DNA of 64,000 nucleotides from an uncultured Candidatus Rokubacteria bacterium. GTDB lineage: Bacteria > Methylomirabilota > Methylomirabilia > Rokubacteriales > CSP1-6. Below are positions 1 to 9,032 of this stretch, piece after piece. The notes below the pieces were generated by a model that searched no databases, was not told where the DNA came from, and saw nothing but the letters and a program-made list of their open reading frames with translations. Both the position numbers and the translations under genes were made by a program. Position 1 is the stretch's first letter. Every line of letters begins with the position of its first letter. The stretch spans positions 800,001 through 864,000 of the forward strand of contig CAVWFS010000018.1 in NCBI GenBank assembly GCA_963754315.1, given 5' to 3'.

Positions 1-196
1 CGCGATGGCCACCGTTCTGTGGGAGATCGCGAAGCAACTCTTCCGCCTCTACATCCGGCGGATCGGCCTCTACGACCAGATCTATGGAACGTTGGGCGTA
101 TTGGTGGCCGTCGTCATGTTTACCTACTATTCGGCGATAGTTTTCGTGTTCGCGGGCGCTTATGCTGCCGCCCTCGACGCACGACGCCCCCGCTAA
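1..196 (+). CDS. YihY/BrkB family inner membrane protein, C-terminal part (5' truncated by window)
   Basis: LWEIAKQLFRLY...YDQIYGTLGVLVAVVMFTYYSAIVFVFAG matches the YihY C-terminal pattern (YGxLG..hydrophobic..Y); stop TAA at 194-196. Confidence 0.75.
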   Translation, partial: AMATVLWEIAKQLFRLYIRRIGLYDQIYGTLGVLVAVVMFTYYSAIVFVFAGAYAAALDARRPR

Positions 197-225
197 CCTA
201 GCCGTGCGCGCACTCGGCCGCGGGT

Positions 226-254
226 TTGGGCCCCTAGCAAATCTGACGTAGTAT
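226..254 (+). promoter_or_regulatory. Putative sigma70-type promoter upstream of the repeat array and SDR gene
   Basis: TTGGGC-N17-TAGTAT. Confidence 0.35.
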
Positions 255-257
255 CCC

Positions 258-714
258 GGGGCGGGCGTCCCCGAGCAGTGGGGGGCCTGAGGCCCTGAAG
301 CCCGTAACCGAGGGGCCACGGCTTGCCGGGGGTAATGGGGGGCCCTTTCGAGGCCCCTGAATGCCAGCGTAGGACCGAGGGGCGCCACGGCTTTGCCGGG
401 GTGTCCCCGAGCAGTGGGGGGAATGGGGGGCCCTTTCGAGGCCCCTGAATGCCAGCGTAGGACCGAGGGGCGCCACGGCTTTGCCGGGGTGTCCCCGAGC
501 AGTGGGGGGAATGGGGGGCCCTTTCGAGGCCCCTGAATGCCAGCGTAGGACCGAGGGGCGCCACGGCTTTGCCGGGGTGTCCCCGAGCAGTGGGGGGTAA
601 TGGGGGGCCCTTTCGAGGCCCCGGAATGCCAGCGTAGGACCGAGGGGCGCCACGGCTTTGCCGGGGTGTCCCCGAGCAGTGGGGGGTATGGGGGGCCCTT
701 TCGAGGCCCCCCAT
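258..714. repeat. Tandem array of an 88-89 bp GC-rich palindromic (REP-like) unit: 4 near-identical units, a degenerate 5' unit and a terminal perfect hairpin
   Basis: (A)ATGGGGGGCCCTTTCGAGGCCCC recurs at 334, 422, 510, 599 and 688; the intervening sequence is also repeated (no unique spacers); terminal ATGGGGGGCC-CTTTCGA-GGCCCCCCAT at 688-714. Confidence 0.95.
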
Positions 715-727
715 TTGGAAGGATTGC

Positions 728-1639
728 ATGATGCTGAAAGACAAGGTGGTGGCGGTAACGGGAGCGGGGCGAGGGATCGGGCGGGAAATCGCCTTGCTCA
801 TGGCCCGACACGGAGCGCGGGTCGTGGTCAACGACTACGGGGGTAACGCCGCCGGTGCGGATAGCTCTCCAAAGCCGGCCGACGAGGTCGCGGGGGAGAT
901 CAAGACGGCGGGTGGTCAGGCGGTCGCAGTCTACGATTCGGTGGCAACGATGGTTGGTGGGCAGCGCATCGTCCAAGCCGCCCTCGACACCTTTGGTCGG
1001 ATCGATGTGGTGGTGAACAATGCTGGAATTCTGCGTGACCGCATGATCTTCAACATGACCGAAGAAGAATGGGACGCCGTGATCAACACCCACCTCAAAG
1101 GCACCTTCGCGGTGACGCGAGCCGCCGCGCCGCACCTTCGAGAGCAGAAGTCCGGGCGGATCATCAACATGACGTCCACCTCGGGGCTGGTGGGCAACGT
1201 GGGACAGGCAAACTACGCGGCGGCCAAGCTCGGCATCGTGGGGCTGACGCGGGTCACCGCGCTGGACATGGTCCGCTACAATGTGACGGCCAACTGCATT
1301 TCCCCCTTCGCGTGGACGCGAATGATCGGCACCATCCCCACCGAGACTGACGTGCAGCGGACCCGGGTCGAGAAGATCAAGAAGATGTCGCCCGCGCACA
1401 TCGCCCCGGTCGCCGCCTGGCTGGCCAGCGACGCGGCGAAGGACGTGACGGGGCAGATCTTTGGGGTCCGAGGTAAAGAGCTGATGCTCTTTGGTCACAC
1501 GCGGCCCATCATGCGGATTCATCACGCGGAAGGCTGGACGGTGGAGCGGTTGGCGGAGATGGTTCCCGGAAGCCTTCAGCACCACTTCGTACCATTGGAG
1601 ACGTCCGGCCAGTACTTCAACTACGATCCACTCGTCTAG
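728..1639 (+). CDS. SDR family NAD(P)-dependent oxidoreductase (3-hydroxyacyl-CoA dehydrogenase-like)
   Basis: TGAGRGIG, NNAGILRD and catalytic YAAAK motifs; GAAGGA upstream. Confidence 0.92.
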   Translation: MMLKDKVVAVTGAGRGIGREIALLMARHGARVVVNDYGGNAAGADSSPKPADEVAGEIKTAGGQAVAVYDSVATMVGGQRIVQAALDTFGRIDVVVNNAGILRDRMIFNMTEEEWDAVINTHLKGTFAVTRAAAPHLREQKSGRIINMTSTSGLVGNVGQANYAAAKLGIVGLTRVTALDMVRYNVTANCISPFAWTRMIGTIPTETDVQRTRVEKIKKMSPAHIAPVAAWLASDAAKDVTGQIFGVRGKELMLFGHTRPIMRIHHAEGWTVERLAEMVPGSLQHHFVPLETSGQYFNYDPLV

Positions 1640-3548
1640 ATGAGGCACGGCCCACGAGCAACGCCAGCCCGACCAGGGCCGCGGTACCGCTGACGGCGAC
1701 GCCGGTCCACTCGATGGCGCAAGGGCGGTAGGTCAGGTCGACCGGCGAACTGGACGCGGCTAACCTGACCTCGAGCTCGCCGAGTGAGCCCCGGCGGACG
1801 GGAAGGGGCCTGCCTTCCTGTGTCGCCCTCCAGAGTGGGTAGTACGCACTGCGGGTGGAAACCCAGGTACCAGGCGTGCCGTCGAGGGTGACGCGCCAGT
1901 GGCCGGGTTCCACCTCGGTTGGCAGTGGGCACGGCTGCCGCCGCGTGTATAGAAGGAAGGGTGGGGTTGACCGCCACTGTCGGAACTCCGGATTCTCCTC
2001 CATGGCGTGCCGCACGAGTACGTCCGCGTCGAAGACGACCACGGTGCAGATGCCGAACCGATCTGCAATTCCGTTCAACGTTTCGGGATCCAGATCGGCC
2101 AGCGGGCGCCCAAACAATCGATTGCCGTCCAGACGCTCGGCGAGCTCGTTGATCGCCCCTCGACCAGCATCGCCGCGGTAGACCAGAGCGGCGACGGGCG
2201 AGGGGTGGGTGAATGTCCCGTGGATGACTCGCCGGCCGGCCCCGAGTGGGGCCAGGGCAGTCGCGTGAGTGTGCGGTCGGTACCACTCCGGGCCATGAGC
2301 GAGCGGAAGGCCTGAGCGCGTGAACAGCACGTGCCCCTCGGGCGCCGCCTGCAGGGCCGTCCAAAGGGCGGGTAGGCGGAATCCCCGCTCGACGTTCTCG
2401 AGGGTGGGCCACGCGGTCGAGTGAGGCCACACGGTGAGGACCTGGCCAGGCAGTGACAGGATAACGACGACGAGGATCGCGCCGAGCGACCACAGCGGAC
2501 GTGTGAGGGGCCCAAACCTCGCCAGAAAACGCCCTGCGCTGTACCCCGCAGCCAGCACGAGCGCCATCCAGCCGCCGTCGGCAACCCGATCGGATGGCAG
2601 CCAGCGGATCCCAAGCGGCTCGACCAGATAGGCGTCGACCGCGACGACGAGGATCATGATCCACGGAAGCCGCGCGAGTAGGGTGACGGTACGGGAATGA
2701 GACCCAGCTGGATGCGCGAGAGCGACGACGGCAAGGCCCAGAAGTACGAGCGGCAAGGGCCGGCCGAGGGTCATGGCGGGGCCGGTTTCAAGGGTGCCCC
2801 ACGCCAGGGCACGAGTGTGCCCGAGCCGGGCGAGCAGGGGAAGCGTCCAGAACGCCGTGAGCCCGGCGGCCAGTCCAAGGGCCAGCAGGCTGGCCCTCAG
2901 TCGGTGCCGCCACTCGCGTGGCCGCGCGGCAGCCGCCAGCAAGAGGATCACGACAGCCGTGGGTAGATGGGCGGGATGGGTGATCACGACGGCCGAGACA
3001 ATCGCCGGCGCGAGCAAGGGGAGGGGACGGTTCGCGTCGATCCACGGCGAGAGAACGAGGATCAGAAGGGGGAGCAACGCCCACGCCAGCCTGGCAGCGA
3101 CCATCCCCCAGTGGACGCCCCCTTCGACACCGCTCGCCGTGCCGGCCGAGAGGGTAAGGGCCAGGAACGCGCCGACCAGGGCGCTCCAGCCTTGACCGAG
3201 CAGACGCGTGAGCAAGGCGAACGTCGTCAGGGCGGGGGCGACGTACGCGATCCAGGTCAGCGTGTGGTAGGCGGCCGGCACGGCGAGCGCGCCGAACGAT
3301 CCAAAGTGGAGCAGAGCCCCGAGATATGCGAAGCCGGGAGGGTAGAACTGTAGCTCAGGGTAGCCAGCCCACCAGCCGGGATTCCAGGCCCAGGGTGCGA
3401 AGCCATGCTGCAGGACATGCCACAGTCGGTAGAGCTGGCCCGGATGGTCATCGAACGCGATGACCGGCGAAAGCCCGAGGGACGTCGCCCCGAAGGCAGA
3501 GGCATAGGCGAGCAGCAGAAGGAGGGGAAGGACAACGTCGCGATACAC
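1617..3548 (-). CDS. Multi-pass membrane protein, 6-pyruvoyl-tetrahydropterin-synthase-related / GT-C-like glycosyltransferase family
   Basis: 643 aa, many hydrophobic helices, FDDHPGQ..WNPGWWAGYPELQFYPP loop and YYPLW near the C-terminus. Confidence 0.65.
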   Translation of the reverse strand: MYRDVVLPLLLLLAYASAFGATSLGLSPVIAFDDHPGQLYRLWHVLQHGFAPWAWNPGWWAGYPELQFYPPGFAYLGALLHFGSFGALAVPAAYHTLTWIAYVAPALTTFALLTRLLGQGWSALVGAFLALTLSAGTASGVEGGVHWGMVAARLAWALLPLLILVLSPWIDANRPLPLLAPAIVSAVVITHPAHLPTAVVILLLAAAARPREWRHRLRASLLALGLAAGLTAFWTLPLLARLGHTRALAWGTLETGPAMTLGRPLPLVLLGLAVVALAHPAGSHSRTVTLLARLPWIMILVVAVDAYLVEPLGIRWLPSDRVADGGWMALVLAAGYSAGRFLARFGPLTRPLWSLGAILVVVILSLPGQVLTVWPHSTAWPTLENVERGFRLPALWTALQAAPEGHVLFTRSGLPLAHGPEWYRPHTHATALAPLGAGRRVIHGTFTHPSPVAALVYRGDAGRGAINELAERLDGNRLFGRPLADLDPETLNGIADRFGICTVVVFDADVLVRHAMEENPEFRQWRSTPPFLLYTRRQPCPLPTEVEPGHWRVTLDGTPGTWVSTRSAYYPLWRATQEGRPLPVRRGSLGELEVRLAASSSPVDLTYRPCAIEWTGVAVSGTAALVGLALLVGRASSRRVDRS

Positions 3549-3688
3549 GACGCTGGATCATACCGTAGTGACGGGGAGACGGCCCTCGTTTGACTTGGCA
3601 CGTGATTTGTTGATAAGTAGGTTCGCTATCGTGCTGTCGGTGTTGTACACACTCGGGGCTCAAATCCCCTACCGATGGAGACGAGTCG

Positions 3689-4949
3689 ATGGACAAGCTG
3701 AAGGGGTTGAAGTGCCGCGAGTGCGGCCGCGGCTATCCTGCATCGCCCGTTCATGTCTGTGAATTCTGCTTCGGCCCTCTCGAGGTCGACTATCGGTACG
3801 AGGCGCTCAAGGGGCTTCGTGACGCGTGAGTCGATCGCCGCTGGTCCGCCGAGCATGTGGCGGTACAAGGACTTGCTGCCGGTGGAGGGCGAGGTGGCCG
3901 TGGGTCATGCCGTCGGCTTCACCCCGCTGATCCGCGCCAGGAATCTGGCCAGGGCCTTGGGCGTGGCCGAGGTCTACGTCAAGAACGACTCGGTGTGCCA
4001 TCCCACCTGGTCGTTCAAGGATCGAGTCGTGTCCGTGGCCATCACGAAGGCCCGGGAGTTCGGCTTCGAAACGGTCGCCTGTGCGTCCACCGGCAACCTC
4101 GCCAACTCGGTGGCGGCCCACGCTGCCGAGGCTGGCTTGGCATCCTTCATCTTCGTCCCCGCCGATCTCGAAGCCGGTAAGATTCTGGGCACGCTCGTCT
4201 ACAACCCCACCCTCGTGGCCGTACAGGGTACGTACGACGAGGTCAACCGGCTCTGCTCCGAGATCGCCGACAAGTATCGATGGGCCTTTGTGAACGTAAA
4301 CTTCCGCCCCTACTATGCTGAGGGGTCGAAGAGCTATGGCTTCGAGATCGTTGAACAGCTTGGCTGGCGGACGCCTGCTCACATCGTGGTTCCTTGTGCC
4401 GGTGGCTCACTGATCACGAAGATCTGGAAGGCCATGACAGAAATGGCTGCCCTCGGACTCATCGAGGGCCCCATCCGAACCAAGATGCACGCGGCCCAGG
4501 CTGAAGGATGCGGACCGATCGTCACCATGATCAAGGACGATACGGACGTGTTGAAACCGGTACGTCCGCGCACCATCGCGAAATCATTGGCTATCGGCAA
4601 CCCGGCCGACGGGTATTACGCGTACCGAGTCGCGAAGGACAGCGGCGGCTTCGGAGCGCACGCCACCGACGAGGAGATCATCGACGGCATGCTCCTGCTG
4701 GCCCGGACGGAGGGGATCTTCGCAGAAACGGCAGGGGGCGTCACCGTGGCCGCCACCCAAAAGCTTGTCGAGGCCGGGATCATCCCGCGAGACGAGTCGG
4801 TGGTGATCTGCATCACGGGCAGCGGCCTCAAGACACCCGATCCCTTGGCCGACCGTCTCGCTCCCCAGGTGACCATTCGCCCTTCACTGTCCAACTTCGA
4901 CCGGGAGCTGGCCCGTCTTACATCTCACGCTACCCAGGAGGAACGCTGA
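3689..4949 (+). CDS. thrC: Threonine synthase-like PLP enzyme with N-terminal zinc ribbon; one +1 frameshift near 3815
   Basis: ATG 3689 after GGAG gives MDKLKGLKCRECG..VCEFCFGPLEVDY; removing one base joins it to ..PTWSFKDR..CASTGN..ETAGG..ITGSGLK. Confidence 0.85.
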
Positions 4950-5227
4950 TGCCCGTACTCGTGCGAATTCCCACCCCGCTCCGCTCCCTCACGGCCGGTA
5001 ACGCGGAGATCCACGCCAAAGGGGAGACAGTGGGCGATCTCGTCGAGGATCTCGAGCGTCAGTTCCCTGGTCTTCGGGAGCGGTTGCTCGACGACCAGGG
5101 GGCGATCCGACGCTTCATCAACTTTTACATCAATGAAGAGGACATCCGGTTCCTCCAGGGCGCGCAGACAGCCCTCAAGGATGGCGACCAGGTGTCGATT
5201 GTGCCTGCCATCGCCGGAGGATCTTGA
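4949..5227 (+). CDS. MoaD/ThiS family ubiquitin-like sulfur carrier protein
   Basis: MPVLVRIPTPLR...FINFYINEEDIRFL...SIVPAIAGGS; TGATG overlap with thrC; AGGAGG RBS. Confidence 0.9.
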   Translation: MPVLVRIPTPLRSLTAGNAEIHAKGETVGDLVEDLERQFPGLRERLLDDQGAIRRFINFYINEEDIRFLQGAQTALKDGDQVSIVPAIAGGS

Positions 5228-5259
5228 TCGTTCAACCCTGAGGCTCTGGTCACCGATCG

Positions 5260-6567
5260 GTGGACCTCCGTGTCGCTGCCGAGGCCATCTGGCAGGCCGC
5301 GCTCGCCGCCGGTGAGGTAGGCCCCCTCCTTCGCAGGAGCTTCCATCGGCGCGGTGACATCGTACAGGTTGGCGACCGGGCCGTCGACCTCTCTCGTATC
5401 GATCGGGTGTTCGTCTTGGGATGCGGCAAGGCCGGTGCCGCCATGGCCCTCGCCGTGGAAGACATCCTGGGTGACAGGGTCAGCGCCGGGTTTGTTGTCG
5501 TGAAGGATGGTCACCTGGCCGCCACCCGTACCGTCGTCCTTGCGGAAGCCGGCCATCCGGTGCCTGATGCGCGCGGCGTGCAGGCCGCCAGCCGTCTCCT
5601 GGAGCTGGCCTCTGGTGCTGCTGTGAATGACCTGGTCATTTTCCTTGTGTCGGGCGGCGGGTCAGCCCTGACGCCGGCGCCCTCGGCGTACGTCACCTTG
5701 GCCGAGAAGCAGACCCTGACCCGCTCTCTGCTCGCGGCGGGCGCCGCCATCGGCGAGCTCAACACCGTGCGCAAGCATCTCTCCCGCTTCAAGGGCGGCC
5801 AGCTGGCGAGAGCAGCCGCACCGGCCCTCGTGGTGACCCTCGTGCTGTCCGACGTCATCGGAGACCCGCTTGATGTGATCGCTTCAGGCCCCACGGCGCC
5901 CGATCCATCGACCTTCGCGGAAGCCCTCAGCATCCTGAGGATGCGAGGCCTCCTGGCAGACGCACCGTTCTCCGTGCGCGAGAGGCTCCACGCCGGGGCC
6001 CGGGGTGAAGTCCTCGAGACTCCTAAGCCTCGAGATCCGATCTTCGGTCGCGTGGGTCATGTGATCATCGGCAATAACCAGCTCGTCGTCGACGCGGCGG
6101 TGGAGCGTGCGCGTTCGCTTGGTTACCATTCGGAAGTGTTGACACGTGAATTGCAAGGGGAAGCGCGACACACGGCCCAGGTGCTCGTCGAACGCGCGCG
6201 CGCCCTGGAACCGCCGGCGTGCTTGATCGCGGCTGGCGAGACAACGGTGACTGTGCGAGGTCGGGGACGGGGAGGTCGCTGTCAGGAGTTCGCTCTGGCG
6301 GCAGCGCTGAGCATCGAGGGCGACGACAGCCTCACCGTCCTGGCCGCTGGCACCGACGGTACCGATGGACCCACCGACGCGGCTGGCGCTGTCGTCGACG
6401 GGTCGACGATCACAAGAGGTCGCCAGGCTGGTCTCGACATGCAGGCTGCTCTCGACGACAACGACGCGTACCGCGTGCTGCGGGCGACGGGAGACTTGAT
6501 CGTCACCGGCCCCACGAACACCAACCTCCTTGACCTCTACCTCGTCGTGCGTGGGTCTGCTCGCTGA
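5260..6567 (+). CDS. Glycerate 2-kinase (MOFRL/TtuD family)
   Basis: GCGKAG, GHPVPD, SGGGSAL, RKHLSRFKGG, SDVIGD, GGRCQE, GTDGTDG, TGPTNTN motifs. Confidence 0.9.
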   Translation: MDLRVAAEAIWQAALAAGEVGPLLRRSFHRRGDIVQVGDRAVDLSRIDRVFVLGCGKAGAAMALAVEDILGDRVSAGFVVVKDGHLAATRTVVLAEAGHPVPDARGVQAASRLLELASGAAVNDLVIFLVSGGGSALTPAPSAYVTLAEKQTLTRSLLAAGAAIGELNTVRKHLSRFKGGQLARAAAPALVVTLVLSDVIGDPLDVIASGPTAPDPSTFAEALSILRMRGLLADAPFSVRERLHAGARGEVLETPKPRDPIFGRVGHVIIGNNQLVVDAAVERARSLGYHSEVLTRELQGEARHTAQVLVERARALEPPACLIAAGETTVTVRGRGRGGRCQEFALAAALSIEGDDSLTVLAAGTDGTDGPTDAAGAVVDGSTITRGRQAGLDMQAALDDNDAYRVLRATGDLIVTGPTNTNLLDLYLVVRGSAR

Positions 6568-6614
6568 ATGGGCGAACCGCACTAAGTCCTAGAAAAATCG
6601 GGAACAGGGGCGAC

Positions 6615-6660
6615 TTCCGCACAGCGTTATCCACGGGACCCTCACAGACTCGGTGGAAAA
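6615..6660. promoter_or_regulatory. Cluster of DnaA-box-like nonamers
   Basis: TTATCCACG (6627-6635), inverted TTTTCCACC (6652-6660), weaker TTCCGCACA (6615) and ACCCTCACA (6638). Confidence 0.45.
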
Positions 6661-6693
6661 GAGGGACCGAGACCTCGTGCTATTCTGAGGTTC

Positions 6694-7728
6694 GTGTCCG
6701 CCGTGAATCTGCTCGGTCTTCTGCCCGCAGAACTGGAAAGCTTGGCCGTCGAGCTGGATCATTCGCGGTATCGCGGTCGGCAACTCGCAACGTGGATGTA
6801 TCGCAAGGGTATCGTCGAACTGGCGGCTATGAGCGATCTCCCGAAGGAGTTTCGGGTCGCCCTCCTCGAACGCGCCACCATCTGCGTGCCACGCCTCGAG
6901 CGCCTGACACCCTCGCAGGACGGCAGTGAGAAGCTGGTTCTTCGGCTCGGTGACGACGCGCTGATCAGCGCTGTGCTGATGCCTGATGGGGACCGCCTCA
7001 CGCTCTGCCTCTCCACCCAGGTGGGGTGCGGATTTGGCTGCGCGTTTTGCCTGACGGGGAAGATGGGCGTCGAACGCAACCTGACGTCCGCAGAGATCCT
7101 CGGGCAGGTTCTCGTTGCGAACGGGCTGGTGCCGGGCACCCGTGTCACCCACATGGTGTTCATGGGAATGGGCGAGCCGCTGGCGAACCTGACGGGGGTG
7201 GTCAAAGCGATCCGCATCCTCACCGACGCTCGACTCGGCTTCGGCTATTCTCCGCGACGTATCACCGTCTCGACTGTCGGCCTGGTGGGGGGGATCGAGA
7301 AGCTCGGGCGCGAAGCCCTGGGGGTCAACCTGGCCATTTCTCTGCACGCGGCGAGTGACGACGTCCGGTCGCGGCTCATGCCCGTGAACCGGTCCTGGAA
7401 CCTCGAGGCGTTGCTGGCCGCTGTGCGCAGCTACCCGCTGGCTCCCAGGCAGCGGGTTTTCTTCGAGTATGTCCTCCTCGACGGCATTAACGACGCACTT
7501 CAGGACGCGAGCGCGCTGGCCCGGCTCCTGCGCGGTATTCCCGCCAAGGTGAATCTGATCCCCTTCAATGACTGGGCGGGTTCAGGGTTCCGGCGGCCAC
7601 CGTTACCCCGAATCCTCGCGTTCCAGTCCCTTCTCCTGAAGGCGGGAATAACCACCACCGTGCGGTGGAGCAAGGGTGAGGACATCGGGGCAGCGTGCGG
7701 GCAGCTCCACGAGGCGGTCGTCGCCTGA
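6694..7728 (+). CDS. rlmN: 23S rRNA/tRNA m2A methyltransferase RlmN
   Basis: CLSTQVGCGFGCAFC radical SAM motif, FMGMGEP, SLHA, DIGAACGQL. Confidence 0.95.
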   Translation: MSAVNLLGLLPAELESLAVELDHSRYRGRQLATWMYRKGIVELAAMSDLPKEFRVALLERATICVPRLERLTPSQDGSEKLVLRLGDDALISAVLMPDGDRLTLCLSTQVGCGFGCAFCLTGKMGVERNLTSAEILGQVLVANGLVPGTRVTHMVFMGMGEPLANLTGVVKAIRILTDARLGFGYSPRRITVSTVGLVGGIEKLGREALGVNLAISLHAASDDVRSRLMPVNRSWNLEALLAAVRSYPLAPRQRVFFEYVLLDGINDALQDASALARLLRGIPAKVNLIPFNDWAGSGFRRPPLPRILAFQSLLLKAGITTTVRWSKGEDIGAACGQLHEAVVA

Positions 7729-9032
7729 TGCCGACCGTGGCCTTCGCCACGCTCGGTTGCCGCTTGAACCAGGCAGACACCCAGGGGCTGCAGGGTGCGC
7801 TCGAAGCGCGCGGGTACCGGCTGGCCCACGGCGATGAGGCGCCCGACGTCGTGGTCGTGAACACGTGCACGGTCACGGTCCGGGCAGAGGCCTCCGATCG
7901 GCAGACGATCCGGCGATTCGCCCGCGCCTACCCGTCCGCCCGCCTGGTCGTGACAGGATGCTGGGCGCAGACGGACCCCGACACGGTGGCCCGCCTGCCT
8001 GGTGTCGATCTGGTCGTCGGTAACGGTGAGAAGTATCGCCTGCCCGACTTGCTCGATGAATCTCTCTCGAGCGCAGTCGCGGGAGGAGTGCACGTGAGCG
8101 ACGTGTCTCTCAGCCGCACGATCCCGTTGATGCCGCTCGGCTCGGTGGCGGGCCGCTCTCGGGCCTTCCTGAAGGTTCAGGAAGGTTGCCAGCATCGGTG
8201 TGCATTCTGCATCGTCCCGCGGGCTCGGGGTGCCAGCCGCAGCCAGGACCCGGCGGTAGTGCTCGATCAGATCCGGTTTCTTGCAGAAAGAGGGCATCGT
8301 GAGGTCACCCTGACCGGTGTCGATCTCGGGAGCTATGGGGCCGATCTGACGCCACGGATGTCACTCGTGGCACTGCTCCGGAAGATCGTCGACGTTCGTG
8401 GCCTCAGGTGGGTCCGGCTCTCGTCGCTCCTTCCGGCCTACTTCACACGAGAGTTACTCGACTTGATCGCTGCTTGTCCGGTCATCGCGCCACACCTGCA
8501 CGTTCCGCTGCAAAGCGGGAGCGATAGGATACTGCGCCAGATGCGGCGACCATACACGACTGCCATGTACCAGCGTCTCATTGAGCGGCTGATCGAGGTA
8601 CGCCCGGCCCTCGGACTCGGTGCCGACGTGATGGTCGGACACCCGATGGAAACCGAGGCCGAATTTGCAGAAACCATGGCATTCGTCGACATGCTGCCCT
8701 TTTCGTATCTCCACGTGTTTCCCTACTCGGACCGGAAGGGTACGGAGGCGGCCTCCATGGCCGGCCATGTCGACCGTGTCAGCATTTCGTCTCGTAGCCG
8801 GACCCTTCGTCAGCTGGCGTCCCGGAAGAACCGGGCCTTCCGCGCCGCCCTCGTCGGGTCCGAGCAGGAGGTCCTCGTTCTGGAGACGCGCGACCCGATG
8901 GGCCGCCTGGTCGGGTTGACCGGTAACTACGTGGAGGTGACCTTCGATGGACCGGACGGGCTGATGCGAAGTTTGCAGGCGGTGAGAGTCACGGAAGTAG
9001 GGACCGACGAGACCCGGGGGGAGCTGGTGTGA
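7728..9032 (+). CDS. mtaB: tRNA t6A methylthiotransferase MtaB
   Basis: TLGCRLNQ, NTCTVT, TGC, KVQEGCQHRCAFC, LHVFPYSDRKGT; C-terminal TRAM-like region. Confidence 0.88.
   Translation: MPTVAFATLGCRLNQADTQGLQGALEARGYRLAHGDEAPDVVVVNTCTVTVRAEASDRQTIRRFARAYPSARLVVTGCWAQTDPDTVARLPGVDLVVGNGEKYRLPDLLDESLSSAVAGGVHVSDVSLSRTIPLMPLGSVAGRSRAFLKVQEGCQHRCAFCIVPRARGASRSQDPAVVLDQIRFLAERGHREVTLTGVDLGSYGADLTPRMSLVALLRKIVDVRGLRWVRLSSLLPAYFTRELLDLIAACPVIAPHLHVPLQSGSDRILRQMRRPYTTAMYQRLIERLIEVRPALGLGADVMVGHPMETEAEFAETMAFVDMLPFSYLHVFPYSDRKGTEAASMAGHVDRVSISSRSRTLRQLASRKNRAFRAALVGSEQEVLVLETRDPMGRLVGLTGNYVEVTFDGPDGLMRSLQAVRVTEVGTDETRGELV

Noticed and set aside
258..714. CRISPR array
   Set aside because: Sequence between the palindromes is itself repeated (no unique spacers), and there are no cas genes in the window
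193..831. Minus-strand ORFs (212 aa, 139 aa) across the 88-bp array
   Set aside because: The 88-bp period cycles through frames; the peptides are translation shadows of a GC-rich repeat and one overlaps the SDR start
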